Below, one piece after another: positions 17,491 through 17,570 of a stretch of DNA of 17,570 bases. A model generated the notes under the pieces. That model saw only the letters and a list, made by a program, of their open reading frames with translations, was not told the DNA's origin and made no database searches. The DNA comes from Octopus sinensis (lineage: Eukaryota), in assembly GCF_006345805.1 (NCBI RefSeq), contig NW_021824793.1, forward strand, positions 1-17,570. The letters run 5' to 3'. The position numbers were made by a program, and so were the translations under genes. Numbering within the stretch: position 1 is the first letter of the stretch; each line of letters opens with the position of its first letter.

Positions 17491-17570
17491 GGCGGAGCAC
17501 ATAGGTTTGTGGTTAGAGCACGAACGATCGTAATAGTGGTTTCCATTCGTTGACCGCTCGATGACTAGTG
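17491..17570 (+). mobile_element. Possible degraded tRNA-derived SINE head, cut by the window end
   Basis: GTGGTTAGAGC..ACGATCGTAA..GTGGTTTCCATTC parallels the heads at 209 and 8153. Confidence 0.4.

Noticed and set aside
1020-17502. Many ORFs with YIYI, MYVC, HTYI, HTHT, DDDD or NNNN content
   Set aside because: They are translations of stop-free microsatellites and are open in several frames and on both strands.

Overview
This is AT-rich eukaryotic DNA, about 60% repeats by hand tally (roughly 40% transposon fragments, 20% microsatellites). It is most likely intronic or intergenic Octopus DNA, an inference from remembered SINE families and the microsatellite load. No intact long gene is visible, and most ORFs in the supplied track are microsatellite artefacts. 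Recognisable content: several tRNA-derived SINEs, 3' fragments of a CR1-type, a Tx1/L1-type and a Rex3/Expander-like RTE LINE, an apparently internally deleted BovB-like RTE element with tandem extra 3' ends, and the 5' end of a mariner transposon. The main pattern is that retroelements sit inside microsatellites matching their own tails (TATG, TA, ATT/ATC), twice with a visible target-site duplication. A few small minus-strand candidate exons have good splice signals, and two of them lie in the loops of inverted repeats. All calls were made by eye and no database search was run.
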